Shown here: one piece after another, positions 9,628 to 17,024 of the stretch
Numbering within the stretch: the stretch's first letter is position 1
Layout: the number at the start of each line of letters is the position of its first letter
Source of the DNA: an uncultured Gammaproteobacteria bacterium
Lineage (GTDB): Bacteria > Patescibacteriota > Patescibacteriia > Magasanikbacterales > GWA2-37-8
Direction of reading: 5' to 3'
NCBI GenBank assembly: GCA_964465205.1
Contig: CAYXJO010000007.1
Coordinates: 5,228-69,227 of the forward strand
Length of the DNA: 64,000 nt
The notes under the pieces: model-generated
Databases searched by the model: none
The model's input: the letters and a program-made list of their open reading frames with translations, nothing else
What the model was told of the DNA's origin: nothing
Program-made: the position numbers and the translations under genes

Positions 9628-9803
9628 AAAATTAATAATTTTCGTGGTACAAACTCCCGAATGGTCGGGATCCCACAATAATTGAATGTAGTGCGCACTT
9701 TAACACAGAATCAGCAGATTGTCAAGCCAATTGTTGACTAATTTTATTATAACACAAAGCCCAAGCCGCCACAAGCCGCAATTTGGGCCATAAATAGCGA
9801 AGT

Positions 9804-10868
9804 TTAGCCCAGATTTTGTTGTCCGATATATTCTTGCACACGACGTTTTTTGATGATGCTATACCCGAGTAACATGAGCGGTATGGTGACCCAAATAGCC
9901 TTAGCCTGTGGGAACCATAGCCACATTGTGAAATCAATCACTAACCACTGCAGTATGTATATGCTCAAAGTATTGTCGCCCCAGAATCGAATTAGAGCTA
10001 ATATTTTTTTGACTAATGGATTTTTTATTTTTTCCAAACCGGTAAAAACATAGATGAAGAAATAAATATATGCCACTCCAAAAATTATATAATACAAAGT
10101 GAGAGGATACATGTAATCGTGATGTGGGATGAAAAGAAAGTGGGTGGTGTGGAGTCCAAGTGCGCATAATATAGTTAAGGCGACAGAAAATATTAGGGCT
10201 TTAAATTTTATTTTTTCCAAACCCAGCATGGCCAGATAGAATCCAACCAAAAATGCGAGTAGCCATAGTGCTGGAGGAAATAGAATGTTATTTTTGGCAA
10301 AAATGAAATTTGTGAACCAGTTGGCAGAGTGGTCGAAGGCATAATTGTATCCAGCGAGCAAAATGATGAGCCCCAGTATGGTATTGTTTGGTTGTTTAAC
10401 TTTTTTGATAACCCACAAAAATATCGGGGATACAATAAGACACAATCCAATAGTGAGTATGATGGATATGGGGGTGGAAAAAGAATGCAAAGTTAGGATA
10501 TTGGCTATGGTAAATTTTCCGTTGTAGACAAACTGATCGTAAAATGGCTCTTGTTTGAAGTTGTAGATGAAAAATTTGAAAATGTTGTATAAAAAATATA
10601 TACCAACTAGTTGTGCACCACGGGTAATAAGGCGGCGGGTTGCGAGGTGCAGATCATCGTAACGACTATAGGCGTAATACGTGACCGCGCCACCAGTGGA
10701 TAAAAATAGAAATACGGCTGGGTAAAAGAATTCTCGCAACCGAAATACAGCGGTAGTGATTTCGATGTTAGACCATTCGATCAAGTGAACGACAATGATA
10801 CCGATGAGGGCCAGGCCTTTGAGATAAGAAAGGTAAAAATTACGTTTTTTTGCGATAGGGGTGACCAT
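9804..10868 (-). CDS. Acyltransferase family 3-like integral membrane protein (OatA-like O-acyltransferase)
   Basis: About 10 TM helices. N-terminus KKRNFYLSYLKGLALIGIIVVHLI resembles the Acyltransf_3 start (R..lDglRglailgVvl.H). ATG at 10868. Confidence 0.4.
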   Translation of the reverse strand: MVTPIAKKRNFYLSYLKGLALIGIIVVHLIEWSNIEITTAVFRLREFFYPAVFLFLSTGGAVTYYAYSRYDDLHLATRRLITRGAQLVGIYFLYNIFKFFIYNFKQEPFYDQFVYNGKFTIANILTLHSFSTPISIILTIGLCLIVSPIFLWVIKKVKQPNNTILGLIILLAGYNYAFDHSANWFTNFIFAKNNILFPPALWLLAFLVGFYLAMLGLEKIKFKALIFSVALTILCALGLHTTHFLFIPHHDYMYPLTLYYIIFGVAYIYFFIYVFTGLEKIKNPLVKKILALIRFWGDNTLSIYILQWLVIDFTMWLWFPQAKAIWVTIPLMLLGYSIIKKRRVQEYIGQQNLG

Positions 10869-10884
10869 GGTGTATAATAACAAT

Positions 10885-11739
10885 ATGAAAAAGAAACAGA
10901 ATAAAAATAAGAAACGAATAATTTATTTGATTGTGGTGGTGACCGTGATTTTAGCCACGCCGGCGGTGTATTTCGGCTTGCTCAGATTTTTTAGTAGTGC
11001 TGTAGAATATTCGCTACCAGTGTGGCAATCGAATCTTATCAAAAAAAGTCCTGATACGCAAACCGGGGCTGTACATGTGCCGATTTTGATTTATCATCAT
11101 ATCAGTCGGCCGCCGTTTTATATTGCCAAAGAAGGAAAATTTTTATATGTGCGTCCCGAAGTATTTGCCGAGCAGATGAAATACCTCAAAGAGAACGATT
11201 ATAACGTAATTTCGTATTCGCAGTTTTACCAAGCGCTGACGCGCGGCTCTAGTTTACCCGCCAAACCAGTGGTGATTACTTTTGATGATGGTAATTACGA
11301 TCAATACCAAAATGCGATCCCCATTTTACAACAGTATAATTACCCGGCAATGTTTTTTGTCTTCACCAAAGCTGTTGGCGGCTTGGGGTCCATGACTTGG
11401 GCGATGTTGCACAATTTATTAGCAGCAGGAATGGAGATTGGTTCGCATGCTTTGAGTCACTCGCGATTGAGTGCGCTGTCCACAGAGCAAGCAGATTTTG
11501 AGCTGGCGCGCAGCAAACAATTGCTTGAAAATAATTTATTTGTGGATATTCATCATTTTGCTTATCCGTATGGGACATATGATACTTCGACCGTAGAAGC
11601 AGTGATCAACACCGGCTATGAATCGGCCGTTGTGGCTAGTGGTGGTGGGTGGCACGAACGCCAGCAAGGGAATTTTCTTATTTCACGCATTATAGCAACC
11701 GAAGACATGGAATATTTCAAGTGGTTGTTGGAGAATTAA
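10885..11739 (+). CDS. Polysaccharide deacetylase (CE4/NodB domain) with N-terminal TM anchor
   Basis: VVITFDDGNYDQY (TFDDG motif) and H-rich motifs. Starts MKKKQNKNKKRIIYLIVVVTVILA. The listed 10861 start is GTG and would overlap the divergent gene. Confidence 0.8.
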   Translation: MKKKQNKNKKRIIYLIVVVTVILATPAVYFGLLRFFSSAVEYSLPVWQSNLIKKSPDTQTGAVHVPILIYHHISRPPFYIAKEGKFLYVRPEVFAEQMKYLKENDYNVISYSQFYQALTRGSSLPAKPVVITFDDGNYDQYQNAIPILQQYNYPAMFFVFTKAVGGLGSMTWAMLHNLLAAGMEIGSHALSHSRLSALSTEQADFELARSKQLLENNLFVDIHHFAYPYGTYDTSTVEAVINTGYESAVVASGGGWHERQQGNFLISRIIATEDMEYFKWLLEN

Positions 11740-11843
11740 AAAAGCCGTACCACTAATAATTTTTTCGCTTTTCTCGCCCGCGAGGGCTCGAGGTGGTCCT
11801 GTGGGTCCAAACCCGCTCAAAAAATATTAGTGTTACGGCTTTT
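11740..11843 (+). repeat. Structured repeat element copy 1: outer stem aaaagccgtaccactaata/tattagtgttacggctttt enclosing the conserved core TTTTCGC..CGCCCGCGAGGGC..GGTCCTGTGGGTCCAAACCCGCTCAAAA
   Basis: Lies between the convergent deacetylase and trpS genes. Core shares a GCGA-tetraloop hairpin, a second hairpin and AACCCGC with copies at 21972, 24470, 34990 and 52586. A T-run follows the outer stem. Confidence 0.8.
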
Positions 11844-11865
11844 GTGTTTAATTAACTTTAGGCCT

Positions 11866-12840
11866 TTAGACAAATCCAATTTTCTGTTTGACTTCGGATA
11901 ATTTCTTGCTGGCAATCGCGTCGGCTTTTTTGGCGCCACTCGCCAAAATTTCTTTTACATCGGCATCAGAAATTTGGTGGAATTTATTTTGGAAATCGGT
12001 CAAGAATCCTACCATTACTTCGGCCAAACCTTTTTTGAAATCCCCATAGCCGTGGCCAGCGTACTCTTTTTCGATTTCTTTTACCGTTTTGCCCGAGAAG
12101 GAAGAATAGATCATTAGCAGGTTCGACAAGGCTGGTTTGTCGGCACCAGATTTGATTTCGGTGCCAGAATCAGTGACTGCGCGCATGATTTTTTTACGCG
12201 CCACTTCGGGATCGTCCAGTAGTGAAATGTAGTTGGCTGGTGAAGGGGCTGATTTACTCATTTTTTTGCTCGGGTCATCGAGTCCCATCACGCGTGCACC
12301 CTGTTTGCCAATATGTGCTTCGGGTACAATAAATGTTTCGCCAAAAGTCGAGTTAAATTGACGAGCGATAATGCGTGACAGCTCCACATGTTGGGTCTGG
12401 TCGTCGCCTACCGGTACTAGAGCCGTGTCATAAAGCAAGATATCTGCGGCCATAAGCACGGGGTAATCCATGAGCCCCATGTTAATATTTTGTTTGTGTT
12501 GTTTGGCTTTGTCTTTGTATTGGGTCATGCGTTCGAGCTCGGCCACTTTGGTCACGGTATTAAGCACCCAGGCGAGTTCGGCGTGCGCGGACACGCTCGA
12601 TTGTTGAAAAATAATTACGCGATTTGGATCCACGCCCAAAGCCAAATATGTTTTGGCCGCGTCGAGAATGTTTTTGCGTAGGTCATTGGGATCTTGGTGT
12701 ACGGTAATGGCATGCATATCCACCACGCAGTAAATGCAGTCATAATCATTTTGCAAAGCAACCCAGTTTTTGACTGCGCCCAAATAGTTGCCAATATGTA
12801 AGTTGTTGGTCGGCTGAATGCCGGAAAAAATGCGTTTCAT
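11866..12840 (-). CDS. trpS: Tryptophanyl-tRNA synthetase
   Basis: N-terminal FSGIQPTNNLHIGNYLGA (HIGH-type region) and KMSKS are present. 324 aa. Confidence 0.92.
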   Translation of the reverse strand: MKRIFSGIQPTNNLHIGNYLGAVKNWVALQNDYDCIYCVVDMHAITVHQDPNDLRKNILDAAKTYLALGVDPNRVIIFQQSSVSAHAELAWVLNTVTKVAELERMTQYKDKAKQHKQNINMGLMDYPVLMAADILLYDTALVPVGDDQTQHVELSRIIARQFNSTFGETFIVPEAHIGKQGARVMGLDDPSKKMSKSAPSPANYISLLDDPEVARKKIMRAVTDSGTEIKSGADKPALSNLLMIYSSFSGKTVKEIEKEYAGHGYGDFKKGLAEVMVGFLTDFQNKFHQISDADVKEILASGAKKADAIASKKLSEVKQKIGFV

Positions 12841-12917
12841 AAGTTATTATTATCGCGGGTATTTTACCCAATAAAGCCGATTTTGTAAAATGTTTGATTG
12901 TATGTTAAAGAATTAAA

Positions 12918-12956
12918 AACAAAGTAAAAAATACCCGGCCAACAACGATCGGGTGT
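12918..12956 (-). terminator. Intrinsic terminator after rlmH
   Basis: The minus-strand RNA reads aaaacacccgatcgttgttggccgggtattttttac, a roughly 10-bp stem followed by a T-run. Confidence 0.5.
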
Positions 12957-12957
12957 T

Positions 12958-13431
12958 TTAATGATGGTAAGCCCGCTCCGCACTGATCATCTGGGCGCGG
13001 TAAATTTGTTCCCACAATATTACTCGTGCCATTTGATGGGTGAAGGTGAGCGCAGAAAGAGAGAATTTTAGTTGAGCGATTTTTAAGATTGATTCATGCA
13101 ACCCCAGTGGTCCGCCAATGATAAAAGTTATTTTGCTGTTTTGTTCGGCGATAATTCTGTCTAGGTGCAATGCAAATTTTTCCGAAGAAAATTGATTACC
13201 GTTGGGGTCCAATGCGATGATGAAATCGTCTTTTGGCAAAGCCGACAAAATTTTTTTGGCTTCTTTTTCTATTATAACTTCCGGGCTATCTTTTTCGCCA
13301 AAACTTTCTTCACGCAATTCAGTAATTTTTATTTTCGCAAAAGCACCGAGACGTTTGAGGTATTCGGCTTCGGCTTCGCGCCAAAATGTTTCTTTTAATT
13401 TACCCAAACAGATTAAGTGTAAGTGGAACAT
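12958..13431 (-). CDS. rlmH: 23S rRNA (pseudouridine1915-N3)-methyltransferase RlmH (SPOUT)
   Basis: MFHLHLICLGKL..FIIALDPNGNQFSSEKFA..ITFIIGGPLGL..FSLSALTFTHQMARVIL matches RlmH. Start trimmed to the internal ATG. Confidence 0.8.
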   Translation of the reverse strand: MFHLHLICLGKLKETFWREAEAEYLKRLGAFAKIKITELREESFGEKDSPEVIIEKEAKKILSALPKDDFIIALDPNGNQFSSEKFALHLDRIIAEQNSKITFIIGGPLGLHESILKIAQLKFSLSALTFTHQMARVILWEQIYRAQMISAERAYHH

Positions 13432-13454
13432 AGTGGTTGTATGATAGCAAACAT

Positions 13455-13476
13455 TATAAAAAAAGGCCACCGAACG
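13455..13476 (-). terminator. Intrinsic terminator (gccaccgttcggtggc followed by T7 on the minus strand)
   Basis: Perfect 6-bp GC-rich stem plus TTTTTTT, downstream of the small ORF 13509..13697. Confidence 0.6.
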
Positions 13477-13508
13477 GTGGCGTGTGTGATGGTGCTGATT
13501 TGTCAGCG

Positions 13509-13697
13509 TTACTGAAGGTTTTTTATCTCGCCCGTAGTATCAGTTGATTGTGGTCCGAGAATGTGGTTGACGTAGGATTCGGGCAACGGACTCATTATCG
13601 GGAACATGTTCGGTTTGTACATGTGGTATGTGCAAAATTTTATAATACCACTTCCCAATCTCTTGAGTATACGTCGAAACTTGTTCATGTCTCTCAT
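13509..13697 (-). CDS. Small hypothetical protein (62 aa, cationic amphipathic N-terminus) with its own promoter, SD and terminator
   Basis: MRDMNKFRRILKRLGSGIIKF... is preceded by AGGAGA 9 nt upstream. A consensus promoter (TTGACA, 17 nt, TATAAT) lies about 85 nt upstream, and a terminator lies at 13455-13476. Confidence 0.4.
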   Translation of the reverse strand: MRDMNKFRRILKRLGSGIIKFCTYHMYKPNMFPIMSPLPESYVNHILGPQSTDTTGEIKNLQ

Positions 13698-13782
13698 TCT
13701 TTGTCTCCTGGTACGTATTTTTGGGGAACAATTTGGTGCTGTCCCCGGTTAATTAAAGATCAAACTCCAAAGATCGGACTAA

Positions 13783-13811
13783 ATTATATATAAATATTTT
13801 TATTTTGTCAA
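13783..13811 (-). promoter_or_regulatory. Sigma70-type promoter (TTGACA - 17 nt - TATAAT) driving ORF 13509..13697
   Basis: On the minus strand it reads ttgacaaaataaaaatatttatatataat. Confidence 0.55.
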
Positions 13812-13875
13812 GTTGGTATATTATGCCGCGACAATTATGATGTGAGAATATGGAAATATCAAGATAAAAAATAAA

Positions 13876-13903
13876 CCCGGCCATGTGGTCGGGTGGTGTT
13901 GAG
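13876..13903 (-). terminator. Intrinsic terminator (cccgacc acat ggccggg then TTTATTTTTT) ending the 13921..14121 transcription unit
   Basis: Minus-strand hairpin plus a U-run, directly downstream of the small ORF. Confidence 0.55.
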
Positions 13904-13920
13904 CGGGTCGATGATGACGA

Positions 13921-14121
13921 TTAGCCACGTCGCGTCCGTTGGTGGCATTTGCCTTTGAACCGTTTCCGGCCGGTGTCGCGCTGAGTGGTGACGTCGATGT
14001 GTTCGCCGGTGGGCGTATTAGCATCCAACTCAATCTGCCGCACCAGCAGATCGGATGCTTCTTCCGGTTTTAGAGGGAGTACACCAGTGGTCGGCTTGGT
14101 GGGGGAAAGAGCTTTGGGCAT
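13921..14121 (-). CDS. Small basic hypothetical protein (66 aa; MPKALSPTKP...RKRFKGKCHQRTRRG) with its own promoter, SD and terminator; the region is GC-rich
   Basis: ATG at 14121 is preceded by AGAAAGG. Promoter TTGACC-17-TATAGT at 14171-14199. Terminator at 13876-13903. The listed 14172 start is GTG inside the -10 element. Confidence 0.4.
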   Translation of the reverse strand: MPKALSPTKPTTGVLPLKPEEASDLLVRQIELDANTPTGEHIDVTTQRDTGRKRFKGKCHQRTRRG

Positions 14122-14170
14122 TGGTCGGCCTTTCTGTTTAGGGTTATAGTGGCACCTTCGCGCTGGGCTC

Positions 14171-14199
14171 ACTATACCTTATTTTTGACTGTCGGTCAA
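14171..14199 (-). promoter_or_regulatory. Sigma70-type promoter (TTGACC - 17 nt - TATAGT) for ORF 13921..14121
   Basis: The minus strand reads cttgaccgacagtcaaaaataaggtatagt, immediately after the tgt stop. Confidence 0.5.
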
Positions 14200-14211
14200 G
14201 ATGGGGGTGTT

Positions 14212-15339
14212 TTATTTAATAAAATCCGCAAAGCGATCTTCTAGGATAGCTATGCGTGCCGCGCGCATCAAATTCAACATGTAATATATATTATGTAGCG
14301 AAGTGAGTCGCAATCCGGTAATTTCATCGGCCGCAAATAAATGGTGTAAATACGAGCGAGAATAACGCTGACAAGTGGGGCAGTGGCAATTTTCTTCGAT
14401 TGGTCTGCGATCGCGGGCGCAGGCCGCATTGCGAATGTTCAAGCGACCGGTGTTGGTGTACACCATGCCGTGTCGGGCGAGTCGGGTAGGTGCTACACAA
14501 TCAAAAATATCTACGCCATGCGCGACTACAGTAAGTAAGTCTTTGGGGTCGAGACCAACGCCCATAGCATAGTGAGGTTTGTCTGCTGGGATGATCGGCG
14601 TCATCCAATCGAGAATTTCGGCAGTGGCTTCCATATTGTAACCAATACTTTCGCCGCCAATTGCAATACCGTCAAACGGCAATGCCGAAATCGCGCGAGC
14701 AGATTCTTCGCGCAAATGTTTGTGTTTGGCACCTTGAATAATGCCAAATAAAAATTGTTGGTAGCCATGATGACTAGTATTTTTTTGATGTTCATCAATA
14801 CAGCGTTTCGCCCACGCGTGTGTGCGATCCATGGCCGCGCGTGTATATTTTTCATCGGCCGTGTCGGGCGTGCATTCATCGAACGCCATAATAATATCCG
14901 CGCCCAGTTTGTGTTGTATTTCTATCGCTTTTTCCGGAGAGAAAAAATGTTTGGAGCCGTCGATGTGCGAGCGGAATTCTACACCGTCGTCGGTAATTTT
15001 GGTGAGTCCGCTTTGGCCCTTGGCTTCTTTTTGTAATCCCAAAGAGAAAACTTGGAAACCGCCGGAATCAGTGAGGATCGGATGTTGCCAATTCATGAAA
15101 TTGTGCAGGCCGCCCTGCATGTCGATGAGCTCTTCACCGGGACGTAAGTGCAGATGATAAGTGTTGCCCAAAATTATCTGAGCACCCAAGTTTTCTAGAT
15201 CTTTATCATCGAGAGTTTTGACAGTGGCCTGGGTACCGACCGGCATAAAACAAGGGGTAGCAATATCCCCGTGATCGGTGTGGATAATACCAGCGCGTGC
15301 ACCAGTATTTTTGTCGACGTGTTCCAGTTCAAAAAACAT
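14212..15339 (-). CDS. tgt: Queuine tRNA-ribosyltransferase
   Basis: MFFELEHVDKNTGARAGIIHTDHGDIATPCFMPVGTQATVKTL and the C-terminal zinc motif CHCPTC are canonical TGT. 375 aa. Confidence 0.92.
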   Translation of the reverse strand: MFFELEHVDKNTGARAGIIHTDHGDIATPCFMPVGTQATVKTLDDKDLENLGAQIILGNTYHLHLRPGEELIDMQGGLHNFMNWQHPILTDSGGFQVFSLGLQKEAKGQSGLTKITDDGVEFRSHIDGSKHFFSPEKAIEIQHKLGADIIMAFDECTPDTADEKYTRAAMDRTHAWAKRCIDEHQKNTSHHGYQQFLFGIIQGAKHKHLREESARAISALPFDGIAIGGESIGYNMEATAEILDWMTPIIPADKPHYAMGVGLDPKDLLTVVAHGVDIFDCVAPTRLARHGMVYTNTGRLNIRNAACARDRRPIEENCHCPTCQRYSRSYLHHLFAADEITGLRLTSLHNIYYMLNLMRAARIAILEDRFADFIK

Positions 15340-15455
15340 ATGGCGCTATCATAGCGGATTTTTGGCTTAAAATCAAGGTGGTCGCGGGATATAGACTTTT
15401 GGGTCAAAATATGGTATAATATAGATGTAAGTTTGTAGTTTTTAACCATAATTAT

Positions 15456-15659
15456 ATGGCCGAAAAAATGGAAAAGCCAGTGGGAGAAAATTTTTGTGAC
15501 CAGTGCGGCAATCGTTTGCCGGGGCATATGCCCGGGTGTGCCAAATCCCCACGCGAACCAGGGAGACACGATGTAGTATTGGATATGAAAGCCATGCCAG
15601 ACAATACACCTTCTGTTCCGAAACGCCCTCGTGGTGAATTTCCGCAAATGCAGGCGTAA
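15456..15659 (+). CDS. Small putative zinc-ribbon protein (67 aa; CDQCGN...C), GC-rich
   Basis: An extended -10 (TGgTATAAT) lies about 35 nt upstream. CxxC plus further Cys/His. A strong terminator hairpin follows at 15676-15712. No clear SD. Confidence 0.3.
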   Translation: MAEKMEKPVGENFCDQCGNRLPGHMPGCAKSPREPGRHDVVLDMKAMPDNTPSVPKRPRGEFPQMQA

Positions 15660-15675
15660 AATAAAAATTGAATAA

Positions 15676-15712
15676 AAAAGAGGACGGTGGCAGCCGTCCT
15701 TTTGTTTTGGTT
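15676..15712. terminator. Bidirectional intrinsic terminator (aggacggtggcagccgtcct flanked by A and T runs)
   Basis: Perfect 8-bp stem with T-runs on both strands. Lies between convergent ORFs 15456..15659 and 15742..16710. Confidence 0.6.
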
Positions 15713-15741
15713 TGTTTTTGCCCACTGCCATGGGGCACAAG

Positions 15742-16710
15742 TTAGTTGGTCGTCGGGCATTCCAGGGCAACACATTCTTTGTCGGAGATGTTGTCGCACC
15801 AGAACGACTGCGGTTGATCATCGATCGCGGGGTCGATGGACATGTCTCCCGAATTCCAGATGAAATCCGGCGCGTCAGTGTCTTGGAAATCTGTGCAATT
15901 GCCGGCGTCCCAGACGATGTCGGCGACGCGGAGCACTTGGTGATCTACACCAAACTCAATGGCGTAGGTGGCGCAGGGCGTGCCATTGATATTGACCACC
16001 ACCGTGACTTCGTACGGGACAGTGAAGTCTCCTTTGAGGTCGTTGCTGTCGTAGTAGGCTACCGCGACGCGCAGTCGCATACCAACTTCCGGTTCAGCGC
16101 GCACGATAATTGTTTCTTCGTGCACGTCATTGGGACAGCCGCTTGTTTCCTGACAGCCGACGTTGTCCATATCCTTTTCGCACCAGGAAGTTTGATCGTT
16201 GTCTGTTCCGCACGAATCGTCGTGCGCATCATTGCTGTGATAGGTACAATATTGTACCTTGGTCTTTTTGTCCCATCCCTCGCTTACTTCAAATTCGGAG
16301 CAGAAATTGCCGTTCGGGCAATCACTGTCCGATTCGCATTTTATACGACGATCTTCCGGGTCGACCAAAGTCGGAGTCCCTGGCGTGTCGCCGTATCCAG
16401 CGTTGACTCCCCAGCTGCCGCATGGGCGGTGCTTGGTGAGGGAGATGTCTAGGTCTGGCATGCCTCTCCACGTGAGTGTGACTTCGATCGGGTGGGCCGG
16501 TTTGCCCTCGGCTTCTTCCTCCGCGGCTACATCTTCGTCACTGTCACCGTCCGTCGAGTTGTCGCCATCAACACTTTCGTCGCCGTCGACCGAAAGATTT
16601 TCGTATCCGCCGACTATAGTCGTGCCGCAGGCGGCAAAAAAGCAGGAAAGGGCCAGAATGATCAGGGTTGCAATGGCTTTGAAATTCAGAATGGCTTTGA
16701 AATTCAGCAT
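15742..16710 (-). CDS. Cys- and Asp-rich secreted lipoprotein-like protein (signal peptide ending FFAAC); markedly GC-rich
   Basis: ATG at 16710 has AAGGAG 8 nt upstream. MLNFKAILNFKAIATLIILALSCFFAACGTT is followed by D/G-rich repeats (DGDESVDGDNSTDGDSDED) and many Cys. GC is around 55 percent against about 42 percent genome-wide. The plus-strand ORF 15712..16452 is an antisense shadow. Confidence 0.5.
   Translation of the reverse strand: MLNFKAILNFKAIATLIILALSCFFAACGTTIVGGYENLSVDGDESVDGDNSTDGDSDEDVAAEEEAEGKPAHPIEVTLTWRGMPDLDISLTKHRPCGSWGVNAGYGDTPGTPTLVDPEDRRIKCESDSDCPNGNFCSEFEVSEGWDKKTKVQYCTYHSNDAHDDSCGTDNDQTSWCEKDMDNVGCQETSGCPNDVHEETIIVRAEPEVGMRLRVAVAYYDSNDLKGDFTVPYEVTVVVNINGTPCATYAIEFGVDHQVLRVADIVWDAGNCTDFQDTDAPDFIWNSGDMSIDPAIDDQPQSFWCDNISDKECVALECPTTN
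16672..16707. repeat. Perfect tandem duplication (2 x 18 bp, aatggctttgaaattcag) inside the signal-peptide coding region
   Basis: Encodes LNFKAI twice. A candidate slipped-strand variable site. Confidence 0.6.
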
Positions 16711-17024
16711 GATCCGTGCTCCTTTGCGGTATGTTCCCATTCGGGTCACCGCATGATTGATCTGTCAGCTAACTTGGTTTGTAACGAGCATGGCTTTTTA
16801 TGGCCAAAATTAGATTTTTGTGAAAAAGTCCAATTTTTGCCTTAAAAAGCAGAAAACTCCCAGATTGAAGAGAGTCTTTAAATATTTTTGGCTAAAATAA
16901 GCCTAATTTGTGGTTGTGCATAATGCTCTCTCTTCATTATTTACAACTGATTATTATAGCACATTTTTGCCCTTTTGTCAAGAGGATGATATAATATGGA
17001 TGTTTTTAGAAAAAAATTAAAACT

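Noticed and set aside
9722-9937. 71-aa minus-strand ORF in the rplA leader/acyltransferase 3' region (also 9934..10167)
   Set aside because: Overlaps the acyltransferase coding sequence in another frame and the L1 promoter region. No independent signals.
15712-16452. 246-aa plus-strand ORF opposite the Cys/Asp-rich lipoprotein gene (also 16259..16756 and 16492..16845)
   Set aside because: Shadow ORFs created by the GC-rich, stop-poor composition of the real minus-strand gene.
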